Below, piece by piece: positions 1 through 8,461 of a stretch of DNA of 32,000 nucleotides. This stretch comes from Candidatus Saccharimonadota bacterium (lineage in GTDB: Bacteria; Patescibacteriota; Saccharimonadia; Saccharimonadales; Saccharimonadaceae). The notes below the pieces were generated by a model. It was given only the letters and a program-made list of their open reading frames with translations. It made no database searches and was not told the origin of the DNA. The position numbers and the translations under genes were made by a program. How positions within the stretch are numbered: the first letter of the stretch is position 1; every line of letters begins with the position of its first letter. The stretch is taken from positions 690,001 through 722,000 of the forward strand of contig CP011211.1 in the NCBI GenBank assembly GCA_001029695.1. Direction: 5' to 3'.

Positions 1-875
1 ATAGCGAATGATTTGTAGCTACGAAATAGCGCCGTATAGCCATTTGTCGGTGCTGACCAGCCAATTGCTGCTTTTGCCCCTGACTTACCTGTGCCCGCTG
101 CGCGTACTGTGAGGCTACCGCCTGCGCTGTCACCCCATATAGCGACGCGTGATGGATCTATTTTGTACATACCTGCGTTATTGATCACGTGTCGGATACC
201 GCGCATAACGTCATCGAGCTGATAATAGACACCGCTTGGACCAAGTCGGTATGTAAGTGAGAAGAATGCGTAGCCTCGAGCAGTAGCGCTTGGCTGAAGT
301 TTTTCAGCAGCTCCGTCGTTTACTCGCCAACCACCACCATGAATGTAGATAATAGCTGGTGCGCCATCGCCTGCTTGGTTGACTCCTATACGCTGGTAGT
401 CACCTTTTCCATTTACGTACTCGCCGTACTTATTGTCAGGTACTTGGTCAGGATTCTTTTTTGGCTCTTTTGATTCGCGCTCTTGGCGTTCAGCAAAAGA
501 TTCGAGAGCTTCTCGTGCTTCTTTTTCTTTTTGCTCCTTTGTTTTTTCATCCGGAGTTGTCGGTGTCGTTGGGGTCGTCGGTGTTGTCGGAGTGTTCGTA
601 GCCTTTTCTTCGGCAACTGCCGCTTCGAGACAGATCGTCTCGTGCGCCTCATTGTGTGTCTCGAGCCAGCCATCACACGCCTTTCCTGCCCAACCGTCTG
701 TACAGGCGAGTTTTTCGCTTTTTACTGTAAACTTACTACAGTATTCACCTACAGTTGAAGCTTCTGCTTGCACTTTTGGTGTAATAGCAAAAGGAGCGAT
801 TGCGGTTATGAGGGCGACGAGGGCCATAAATGTCAGTGTTGAAAATGATTTCTGAGACTTTGTTTGTATCTTCAT
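1..875 (-). CDS. secreted alpha/beta-hydrolase (esterase/lipase-like); N-terminus complete, C-terminus runs off the window
   Basis: Absent from the ORF track because it is open to the window edge. My own minus-strand translation from ATG at 875-873 gives MKIQTKSQKSFSTLTFMALVALITAIAPFAITPKVQA (signal peptide), a Cys-containing segment, a TPTTPTTPTTPTTP linker and a K/E-rich spacer. It then gives AIIYIHGGGW (HGGG oxyanion motif) and AIWGDSAGG (GxSxG nucleophile elbow). Confidence 0.7.
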   Translation of the reverse strand, partial: MKIQTKSQKSFSTLTFMALVALITAIAPFAITPKVQAEASTVGEYCSKFTVKSEKLACTDGWAGKACDGWLETHNEAHETICLEAAVAEEKATNTPTTPTTPTTPTTPDEKTKEQKEKEAREALESFAERQERESKEPKKNPDQVPDNKYGEYVNGKGDYQRIGVNQAGDGAPAIIYIHGGGWRVNDGAAEKLQPSATARGYAFFSLTYRLGPSGVYYQLDDVMRGIRHVINNAGMYKIDPSRVAIWGDSAGGSLTVRAAGTGKSGAKAAIGWSAPTNGYTALFRSYKSFA

Positions 876-999
876 AGTTATGTACAGAATACCATTAGTA
901 CTTATATAAGGACAAGCATAATACACGCGCACCTCTAGGTCTACGCATGATGCTTATGGTAGTGTATACTCGTACATATAATCTAGCTAAGGAAATTAC

Positions 1000-1668
1000 A
1001 TGGCAGGCGCAAAAAAGAAACAACAAAGCACTAGTAAGCGTACAGCTACGCGAAAAAAGACTTCTCTTCTTCGGAGTGATAGTTTTCGTAAAAAAGCAGT
1101 TCTTCTACTTATTGTCTTGATTGCCGTAGGTGCTATAGTCGTCTTTACATGGGTACTTCCGAAGTACAATGGCGCCAAGAGCGGTGTTGGCGCTGACGGT
1201 TTTAGTGTGTACGAAATGAAAGGCGCTGATCTTGGCGTAGCGAACAGTGTCTCAAAGGAAGATGTGCAGCGCATTCTTGGGGATCAAGTAAAGAGTGTGT
1301 CAGATGTGAAAAAATCTGGTGTGATCAACCTTAACGGTGCAAAAGGTCAGACAGCTACCTTCCCTATCGTTACCAAAGGAGATCAACAAGCGAGTTTTTA
1401 TGTTGATGTGCTTGAATACAAAAATGTCGCAGCCCTCGAAGACTCTGGCGTCACTAAGGGTACTGTCTCTGCAGGGAGAATCAATGACTCACCTGCGTAT
1501 TATATGAAATCAAATAAGCTTGGCGACCAACGAGAGACGACACTGCTCGTATCAAAAGGTTCTAAGTCATACAAATTCGTGATAGCCCAGCCGCGACAGA
1601 ATATTACCATCTCGGAGGCGGAAGGTCTCGAAAAGCTAATTGAGATTGCAAAGACTGCAAAGCTTTAA
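1000..1668 (+). CDS. hypothetical bitopic membrane protein (basic N-terminus, one TM helix, ~165-aa external domain)
   Basis: 222-aa ORF. AAGGAA Shine-Dalgarno lies 5 nt upstream of the ATG. It has a K/R-rich N-terminus, a TM helix AVLLLIVLIAVGAIVVFTWVL and a following hairpin terminator. No motif recognised. Confidence 0.6.
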   Translation: MAGAKKKQQSTSKRTATRKKTSLLRSDSFRKKAVLLLIVLIAVGAIVVFTWVLPKYNGAKSGVGADGFSVYEMKGADLGVANSVSKEDVQRILGDQVKSVSDVKKSGVINLNGAKGQTATFPIVTKGDQQASFYVDVLEYKNVAALEDSGVTKGTVSAGRINDSPAYYMKSNKLGDQRETTLLVSKGSKSYKFVIAQPRQNITISEAEGLEKLIEIAKTAKL

Positions 1669-1715
1669 GATATTCGCCGATCTTTCGTTGACTCGGTGTA
1701 GCACAGATTTTTACT

Positions 1716-1742
1716 AAATATAGCTCCTAGGGAGCTATATTT
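1716..1742. terminator. bidirectional intrinsic terminator between convergent genes
   Basis: Perfect 12-bp inverted repeat AAATATAGCTCC-tag-GGAGCTATATTT, A-rich on one side and T-rich on the other. It lies between the stop of 1000..1668 (+) and the stop of 1791..4574 (-). Confidence 0.6.
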
Positions 1743-1790
1743 AGATTCCTCAACTGCGAAATAAAAGAGTGTAGTGGTTCTGCTGTATGT

Positions 1791-4574
1791 TTACTTCGGT
1801 TCAATAAATGTACGTTGAGATGAGATATATAGGATGTCGTTGTTCTGATAGAAGCTGTCTTGCGCTTCCCGCTCTCGATCAGTCATGGTGCAATCTTCAA
1901 TATTTGCGTATGAGCCATCAACTGAACACATCATTGTGTAGGCGCGAAAATTATTCATCATTTCACTCTCTTCGAGACACTTCTTGCCTGTATACCAGTC
2001 CTGATCTTGAGCGGACCCTTCGGTGATGGACATGTAAGAGTCGACATATTTCTTATCATTTTCGCTTTTGGCATTTTCGTTACCATCAAGTGGGTAGCCG
2101 TTTACATCTGTTTTGCCGCGAATCTCTTCTTTTTCTTTTTCACTGAGCTCTTCTCGTCGCACAACCATCGCAGAACGACCCCATGGATCTTCACGGTTGA
2201 CACAATAGTCGAGGAATTTTTCGTACTCGGAGAATTTACTAGGCTTACCTGTCTTTTTATCGATAAACGGTGCGTTGCTTCCCTGTTGCGCTTCACTCAC
2301 CATTCTACTCACTTCTGCAGCGTCCCCTTCTCCATCTGTCCGCCCTAGTCTCGATTGGAGGTCACTTAACCCATCACTCGACTCGTCGGGGTGGGCTTTG
2401 CTCATATACTCAAGTACGCTATCTACTTTTGCGTCAAGTTCGGTCTTGCTCATGCTGTAGCGGACGTTGCAGGCTATGTCCGCATCGATGCCGATGCTTC
2501 GGTATTCTGCATCGGCACACTTGAGGCGTGACTCATCGAGGCTGAGCGGTTGTAGACGATAGTACGCAGAGGCTTTTTGTCCAAGTGTTGTGATTGACGA
2601 AGGTATGATCGCGAGAACATTTGAGATAGAAGATAGAAGTGGTGCGCCGCCATTGTACGTGACACCAAGCGATCGAACAACTGATCCTGTAAATGAGTAT
2701 TTGTTGTAGATATCTAATGGATTTTTCTGACCATTATCGCGTGCCACTTGGTCGATTTCGTTGAAAACTTCGTCTCCACTAGCGAGATATTGTTTTAATG
2801 ATTGCTTATCAGCTGGTCGCATACCTCGAGACATTGCCATATCGCCTAGCACTGCACCGGTACCAGCAAATAGTACGTCACTAGCTGTAGTGCCTTTTGT
2901 GTCGCTGCTAAATTTTTTCGCAGCATCCCCCGCCCATTTCGTGATAGCGTCGGCAAATATACTCGCGGCAATCGGCGTAACGACCGGATCGGTCATCCTG
3001 ACTGGAGGGAGCATGAGCCAGATGCCCTTAGGGGGGAAAGGACATATATTGTCAGATGCGGCAGCGATACCCCCTAGTGCTCCTCTGGCACCTGCAAATT
3101 CGTTTGCAGTACCGGCGGCATTTGTAAGCGCTGGGCACGATCCTGGCTTCATGGCGCTTTTGTTGCTGCTTGTTTGGCCGTCAAGGCAGTATGCTCGAGG
3201 ATTTGAGGCGATGTCATTTGGAGGTTGACGAAGGTTTCCTGGACTTCCTGTGATGCCTTTTGTAGCATCGGCATTTTTAATAATAGCGTCCCATGGTTTT
3301 TCAAGTGCGCTGATACTATCAAATACGTCCAGATTAACGCTTAGATCTTTTACCGGTTCGTTAAAGAGTATGTGTTGATACATTGTGGCGTCAGTGGCGT
3401 TTGCACCAACGTACCCACCTTGCTGGCCGTAGGCGAGCTTTCCGGAAAGAACGTTCGCAGGTACTTCATCAGCCATACCTGCCTTGATTTGGTCTGCTGC
3501 TTTTAGGTACTGCATAGCAAAGCGTGCGATTGTGTGTTCTTTTGCCGTCTTTGCGGCGTTGCTGGCTATTTTTCCTACCGTGTAATGTGCACATTGAATC
3601 TGCGTGTAAGAGTTTGCTTTACGTCCGATCTGCTGTGCTATCTGTGCGAGCTGACTTTTGACTGATCCTTCTTGCAGTGCATACAGTCCGATTCCAGCAC
3701 GTCCCGCCTCATCGAACTTTTCTTTTGAGCCTTTGAGTGATTTATCAAATGATTCATTTACTTTTTCCTCAGAATTACCTGTCACTGTCGGACTTTTTGA
3801 GAGATCAAATTTTTTCTTCAATCTGTTTTTGAATCGTTCGTCTGCATAAAAACTTGATTTACCGTTGAATACACTATTTGTCAGCTCGCGCATGGCGACA
3901 CTTTCGTTGGCTTTTTTATCAAAGTCAGCGCCGCTACTGACTGAGTCACCATTTGGAAACTTGATTGAAGAAACCTTCCAGCGACTCTCTGGCTTGTCGT
4001 TCGTGCGATCTTGATCGTCACGATTATCTTCTTCAACCTTTTCACCCTCTACTGTAAAGCCGTTCTTTTCGAAAGTAGTTTTCTGATTTCGGCTCATTGT
4101 ACTGAGCTTGCATTTGATGCTGTCTTTCTCGTCGCACTGTGCTTTGCCGATTTTGTTATCGAGCATTTTTTTGTTGTATGTGTAGAGCGCGATTGTTGCG
4201 TCGGCCAGGTCATCAGTAAACATCTCTTTTATATTTACCATGATGATATTTGGTGCAAATAAATAGAAAAACGCGATACTAAGACCAATCATACCAAAAA
4301 CAAAACCAAGTGGGCCTTTATGACGAAACGTTCCAAAACGACGCCCTCTAGCTGTGCTTGCTTTTTTTTGGCGAGGTTTCGAAACTTGCTTTACAGTGGC
4401 ATGACTATCTTCGGGTTTTTGTTCTTGTTTTTTGACGGATTCGTCTTTTTTATCAGCTTCACTAGGCTTTTTTTCTAATCGGTTTAATGTTTCACTGACG
4501 TTTGATAGTTTATCAGCATATAAGTCATCTGCTCGATCATAACTTCTGTTAGTGGGATCGTCGTCTTGAGCCAT
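1791..4574 (-). CDS. large bitopic membrane protein with ~820-aa extracytoplasmic domain (12 Cys); function unknown, co-oriented with the VirB6-like gene
   Basis: 927-aa ORF that starts 8 nt after the stop of the upstream 676-aa gene, consistent with an operon. It has a K/E/D-rich N-terminal ~85 aa, a single TM helix LGFVFGMIGLSIAFFYLFAPNIIMV and a long mixed domain. No Walker A motif, so it is not an ATPase. Confidence 0.75.
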   Translation of the reverse strand: MAQDDDPTNRSYDRADDLYADKLSNVSETLNRLEKKPSEADKKDESVKKQEQKPEDSHATVKQVSKPRQKKASTARGRRFGTFRHKGPLGFVFGMIGLSIAFFYLFAPNIIMVNIKEMFTDDLADATIALYTYNKKMLDNKIGKAQCDEKDSIKCKLSTMSRNQKTTFEKNGFTVEGEKVEEDNRDDQDRTNDKPESRWKVSSIKFPNGDSVSSGADFDKKANESVAMRELTNSVFNGKSSFYADERFKNRLKKKFDLSKSPTVTGNSEEKVNESFDKSLKGSKEKFDEAGRAGIGLYALQEGSVKSQLAQIAQQIGRKANSYTQIQCAHYTVGKIASNAAKTAKEHTIARFAMQYLKAADQIKAGMADEVPANVLSGKLAYGQQGGYVGANATDATMYQHILFNEPVKDLSVNLDVFDSISALEKPWDAIIKNADATKGITGSPGNLRQPPNDIASNPRAYCLDGQTSSNKSAMKPGSCPALTNAAGTANEFAGARGALGGIAAASDNICPFPPKGIWLMLPPVRMTDPVVTPIAASIFADAITKWAGDAAKKFSSDTKGTTASDVLFAGTGAVLGDMAMSRGMRPADKQSLKQYLASGDEVFNEIDQVARDNGQKNPLDIYNKYSFTGSVVRSLGVTYNGGAPLLSSISNVLAIIPSSITTLGQKASAYYRLQPLSLDESRLKCADAEYRSIGIDADIACNVRYSMSKTELDAKVDSVLEYMSKAHPDESSDGLSDLQSRLGRTDGEGDAAEVSRMVSEAQQGSNAPFIDKKTGKPSKFSEYEKFLDYCVNREDPWGRSAMVVRREELSEKEKEEIRGKTDVNGYPLDGNENAKSENDKKYVDSYMSITEGSAQDQDWYTGKKCLEESEMMNNFRAYTMMCSVDGSYANIEDCTMTDREREAQDSFYQNNDILYISSQRTFIEPK

Positions 4575-4581
4575 ATCTCAC

Positions 4582-6612
4582 CTACTTACTATCTTTATGG
4601 ATGAGGTCTATCGTATCATCGTCTTTTTTTTCAGTGAGCTTGAGGTCTAATGCCTTACGTGCTTCCTCTACGTCATTTGCGGCATCAAATATGTATTTTT
4701 GTGCACGAGCTTTTGCCTTTGCTTCCGAGCCACTGACAGGTACTTGATCGTGAACACCAAATTGCCCTACAGCATTTGCAGCAGTCGCTTCGCCTCCTGG
4801 TTTCTTGCCAAGAAGTGCTGATGCGTCGACTTGCACTGGTACGGCAACAATCTGCTGAACTGAATTAGTGTTCGCTTGGCCGGCGTTCTGTGTATTGATT
4901 CCTCCGGCTTGCGCCATAGATGGAGCACGGTACTCGTTTGCTTGTCCACCGTTTGGAGCCTGTCCATTGCTACCTCCTGATGACTGTTGTCCGCCAGCGG
5001 CACCAAGTGAGCGCATTTGGTCTTTTGAAGGTGGTTTTTGCTTGTTGTTGAAGTCTGTTTTCTTCTTATCGTCGTCTTTATCTTTCTTAGAAAGACTAGC
5101 CTGAATCGCGTCAGCGTCGACATTGAGTCCGTCGGCACCTTCGACTTTTGCTTGGGCCGCTTGGGCGAGCTGTGCATTATTTATTTCTTCAGCCTTTGCT
5201 TCGCTCAATCCTTGACCGAGAGCGCCAGCCGATAGTGGGTCATTTGCTGTTGATGATGCGGTAGGCATACCGGTATTTGATTTATCTGCACTAGTTCCAG
5301 GTCGGCGTAGTGCTTCGCCTGCGGGGTTGCCCGCACCTATAGCACTTCCGCCAAGGGCTGATTTTCGACGTCGACGCATAAAGGTCGGACGCTTATCAAA
5401 GTTACCGCCAGCAACAGCTGATTTTGTCGGCGGTGTTTTACCAGCCAACTTACCCATGCGTGCTTCACTTTTGTCGGATTTTCGTATACCACGGCTTGCG
5501 TCGGAAAGTTTCGATCCGGCTGACGTTGCGACGGTTGTCGCGCTTTTCATGACAAACCACACACCGAGTAGAGGCATGACAGCTGCTGCTGCTGCTGCAA
5601 GTCGAGTCATTGCACTTGTGGATGTTGAGCCGCTCTTTGTTTCATAATTGTCGTCTTCAACCTTATATCCACTATCTCCGATACTATCTATCGTTGCGCT
5701 TACGATCTGTCCTGCCCCAAGTAAGAGTGCGATGACTGGATAAATCAGAAGAAGTTGTAGTGATAGCCGGACCCACTGCTTGAAATAGTTTTCAGTATTT
5801 GGCAAAAGATACGCGACAAACATTAATGGGGAGATAAGGATAAGCATAGAGGCGACGACCTTGCGAGCGATTAATAATACCAGCGCTACCGCAGAAACCA
5901 CAGCAATTCCTGTTGTTACTATGGCTATAGGAGCGAGGAGGATCCACACGGTACCTGTTTTTGTGAGCATCGATGAGACGATCTCCGTAAGTACTCCATC
6001 TTTGAAGCCATCCTGTGCTGCAGCGAGTGACATACCGGGTGTTCCGCCAATTTGTTCAACTACTCCACTCGTTATTGAAAAGATGACACTGCCAAGAATA
6101 TTAGAGAGTTCAGCTCCCATCGCACATATATGGTAGGACAGGTTGACAAAGATTGCGCCTAATATTAAACGTGGCAACATTCGCTTGATACTATAGCCTC
6201 CGGAATTTTTACCAGTTACTTGTGAGTAAATGATTATAAGAAATACAAGAACGAAGACGATATTTGCGATGTTACGCATGACTTCCCATGCCTTGTAGGT
6301 TCCACTCTGGGTGTTTGTGAGACTGTAGTCGATCTCAAGAAAAGTTTTGTTGATGAATGCAAAGCCGTAATCGCCCATGCGTGCAATAGTACGTAGAGTC
6401 GGACATATCACCCATCCCACCATCTCTATGGAGCAGGTTGATACACCCGCGCTATAGTTTGATGTATTGACGGGCTGTGCAGATGAAGTGTTTGCGTTGA
6501 GGACTGAAAAACTTAGAGTAAGAACGCTAAAAATAGCTAGCGTAAACAGCATAACGCGCCTGCGCTGTTGTTTTGCGGCTGTAGCCACCCCTATTAGCCA
6601 TCGGATTACCAT
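4582..6612 (-). CDS. VirB6/TrbL-like polytopic membrane protein with ~300-aa low-complexity C-terminal tail
   Basis: 676-aa ORF with a signal-like N-terminus (alternative start at M21: MLFTLAIFSVLTLSFSVLNA). It has at least 5-6 hydrophobic helices in residues ~110-370, matching TrbL/VirB6-type topology. An A/G/Q/K/N/S-rich tail follows. The family call is from topology and context only, not from a search. Confidence 0.55.
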   Translation of the reverse strand: MVIRWLIGVATAAKQQRRRVMLFTLAIFSVLTLSFSVLNANTSSAQPVNTSNYSAGVSTCSIEMVGWVICPTLRTIARMGDYGFAFINKTFLEIDYSLTNTQSGTYKAWEVMRNIANIVFVLVFLIIIYSQVTGKNSGGYSIKRMLPRLILGAIFVNLSYHICAMGAELSNILGSVIFSITSGVVEQIGGTPGMSLAAAQDGFKDGVLTEIVSSMLTKTGTVWILLAPIAIVTTGIAVVSAVALVLLIARKVVASMLILISPLMFVAYLLPNTENYFKQWVRLSLQLLLIYPVIALLLGAGQIVSATIDSIGDSGYKVEDDNYETKSGSTSTSAMTRLAAAAAAVMPLLGVWFVMKSATTVATSAGSKLSDASRGIRKSDKSEARMGKLAGKTPPTKSAVAGGNFDKRPTFMRRRRKSALGGSAIGAGNPAGEALRRPGTSADKSNTGMPTASSTANDPLSAGALGQGLSEAKAEEINNAQLAQAAQAKVEGADGLNVDADAIQASLSKKDKDDDKKKTDFNNKQKPPSKDQMRSLGAAGGQQSSGGSNGQAPNGGQANEYRAPSMAQAGGINTQNAGQANTNSVQQIVAVPVQVDASALLGKKPGGEATAANAVGQFGVHDQVPVSGSEAKAKARAQKYIFDAANDVEEARKALDLKLTEKKDDDTIDLIHKDSK

Positions 6613-6694
6613 AACTACTATAAAGTATCGTTTATAGCGACGCGACTGTCAATGATATAGCACTCCGTTTTCAGATAGTGTACGATGAGTATAT

Positions 6695-7261
6695 ATGATC
6701 AAAAAAAGCACACACTTTTCTTTTTTACGAACAATAATTATCGCTAGTTTTATTGTTACTGGTCTCGCACTGTTTCAGAGCAGCTCTCCTGTTTCTGCTG
6801 TTGGTGTCTGTCCTGGCGGTGAGATTGTTGGCTCAGCAAGTACGCCTGGCGCGACTGACCTCGCAAAATGCTATAAAGTAAAATCTGTCACCAATGGTGT
6901 CGCTACGTACGAAGCGACTACATCAAAGCCGACGGTCGACTCCACCACTCCGCCTACTGGAGGTACCACTCAGGGAGAGTGTGCAGGTGTCAAAACCTCT
7001 TTTATAAGCTGTAAAGGTCAAGGCGCTGAGGCGGTTGGCGGTGTGTTGAAGCAGATTATCCTGATCGTAAGTATTGGTGTCGGTATCGTTGCAGTGGGCG
7101 GTATTGTGTATGGCTCTTTGTTATATACAAGCGCTCGTGATAGTCAAGCGCAGACGCAAAAGGCAATTACGATCATCAGTAGTGTCGTTATTGGGTTGCT
7201 TCTCTATGTATTTATGACTGCGATACTCAACTGGCTTATTCCAGGTGGTGTGTTTAGCTAA
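6695..7261 (+). CDS. pilin-array member P1: secreted protein with 4-Cys ectodomain and C-terminal double-TM module (subtype A)
   Basis: 188 aa with a signal peptide (...SSSPVSA). The C-terminus CAGVKTSFISCKGQGAEAVGGVLKQIILIVSIGVGIVAVGGIVYGSLLYTSARDSQAQTQKAITIISSVVIGLLLYVFMTAILNWLIPGGVFS aligns along its length with the P2 C-terminus. Confidence 0.7.
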   Translation: MIKKSTHFSFLRTIIIASFIVTGLALFQSSSPVSAVGVCPGGEIVGSASTPGATDLAKCYKVKSVTNGVATYEATTSKPTVDSTTPPTGGTTQGECAGVKTSFISCKGQGAEAVGGVLKQIILIVSIGVGIVAVGGIVYGSLLYTSARDSQAQTQKAITIISSVVIGLLLYVFMTAILNWLIPGGVFS

Positions 7262-7312
7262 TAGTTAACTGCTTGTGTTTACTGTTCTCGTAATGTATTT
7301 TATGTAGTAGGT

Positions 7313-8461
7313 ATGAACATAAAACAAAAAATATTATTTCCTGTCTTATTCCTGGTTCTAAGTTTCTCGACGGCGATCTTTTACGATGTCAGTACAACGT
7401 ACGCATGGTGTGATAATTTGAATGCTAGTACAAAGGATCAATGTGTTTATGATAATTATGATAATCTCGATGATAAGCGTGGAGTTGATCAAACTAAGTA
7501 TTTAGAGTGGGTAAACGGCTGCTTCGGTACTAATACGGGTGGCCTGATTTCTGATAAGGCTGATGGCGGTGAATGTGCCAATGCAGTAACAAACTGCATG
7601 AGATACGCTGTAAATTTAGACAAATGTGGAGATAATGAGCAGACCGCAAAGTGGGCTAGTGATAATTGTAATGGTGGTCGCGGAACATCTGGGTCACCGT
7701 CCTGTGCAACAGGGGTGAATCAAAGTGAATTTACGGATAAAGACAAGAGTATTGTCGATAAGGCTGTTCAAAATTGTACGCAAAATCAAGGTCAACAGCA
7801 AAAAAATCTGGAAGACTGTAAAAAAAGTGTCGAGCAATCCGTAAAAGCCTGCAAAGAAAAGCAAGGTATTACTTCGCCACTTAGCTATAGCGATCGTAAT
7901 AAACTCGATATTAATGCTTATCAAAAATGCATCAACGATGGCATGCTCTCCTCATCTAAAGATCAGGCAGAGTGTGAAGGGAGGGGTGGTGTTTGGAACG
8001 GTACAATAGGTCCAGTTTCTGGTAGCCGATGCGCCGCCCCGCCAACGCCCGCTGCCACGTGTGCCGACGGAAGTAAGCCTGGAGCAGATGGCAAATGTGC
8101 GGATGGAAGTACACCAGGAAAAAAAACAGCCGAGCAGCCGAGTGGATCGTATAAAGGCACGCAAACTCAAAACTGCGGAAAAGCGCAGACGAACATCCTG
8201 AGTTGTGATAAAGATAGTAGCGGAAGCGAAGTTATTGGATATATACTGAAAGCTATCTTGATGATTATGAGTGTTGGGGTTGGAATTCTCGCGGTCGGCG
8301 GTATTGTATACGGTGCTATTCTCTACTCTAGTGCTCAGGACAATGCAGCGCAGACGAAAAAAGCAATTGAGGTTATAATAAATACTGTTATCGGATTATT
8401 GCTATATATATTTATGTATTCGATTCTAAATTGGCTTGTACCAGGAGGAGTATTTCTGTAA
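7313..8461 (+). CDS. pilin-array member P2: secreted protein with ~300-aa, 18-Cys ectodomain fused to double-TM module (subtype A)
   Basis: 382 aa with a signal peptide and 18 cysteines in an N/D/K/Q-rich ectodomain. The C-terminus is CGKAQTNILSCDKDSSGSEVIGYILKAILMIMSVGVGILAVGGIVYGAILYSSAQDNAAQTKKAIEVIINTVIGLLLYIFMYSILNWLVPGGVFL. Confidence 0.7.
   Translation: MNIKQKILFPVLFLVLSFSTAIFYDVSTTYAWCDNLNASTKDQCVYDNYDNLDDKRGVDQTKYLEWVNGCFGTNTGGLISDKADGGECANAVTNCMRYAVNLDKCGDNEQTAKWASDNCNGGRGTSGSPSCATGVNQSEFTDKDKSIVDKAVQNCTQNQGQQQKNLEDCKKSVEQSVKACKEKQGITSPLSYSDRNKLDINAYQKCINDGMLSSSKDQAECEGRGGVWNGTIGPVSGSRCAAPPTPAATCADGSKPGADGKCADGSTPGKKTAEQPSGSYKGTQTQNCGKAQTNILSCDKDSSGSEVIGYILKAILMIMSVGVGILAVGGIVYGAILYSSAQDNAAQTKKAIEVIINTVIGLLLYIFMYSILNWLVPGGVFL

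Noticed and set aside
551-600. Short tandem DNA periodicity (GGTGTCGTT GGGGTCGTC GGTGTTGTC GG) that could be taken for a repeat element.
   Set aside because: It is simply the coding sequence of the TPTTPTTPTTPTTP linker on the minus strand. It has no spacer/repeat organisation and no CRISPR-like structure.
413-855. Track ORFs 413..676 (-), 433..855 (+) and 483..758 (+).
   Set aside because: They are low-complexity, R/K/S-rich or V/G-repeat products that lie out of frame with or antisense to the convincing alpha/beta-hydrolase reading frame (1..875, minus). They are shadow ORFs of the (TP)n/KE-rich linker.
2761-3228. 155-aa plus-strand ORF, and similar long ORFs antisense to large genes. These include 13963..14556, 13532..13966, 9856..10311, 21360..21737, 26155..26580, 29033..29530, 30453..30908 and 24382..24660.
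   Set aside because: All are embedded antisense or out of frame within genes that carry clear family motifs. Their products are A/S/P/R-rich and lack start-site signals. They are typical shadow ORFs.
3560-3600. A QIQCAHYT...(73 aa)...YQHIL pattern in the 927-aa protein as a possible CHAP/NlpC-P60-type Cys-His cell-wall hydrolase site, as found in Gram-positive T4SS hydrolases.
   Set aside because: The surrounding sequence looks helical and Ala/Lys-rich rather than CHAP-like, and no third catalytic residue or flanking conserved motif was recognisable. This is left to HHpred and is not asserted.
8431-8460. Track start of P3 at 8431 (MACTRRSISV...).
   Set aside because: It would overlap the P2 coding end by 31 nt. 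The in-frame ATG at 8461 forms a TAATG stop/start junction and yields a normal signal peptide.
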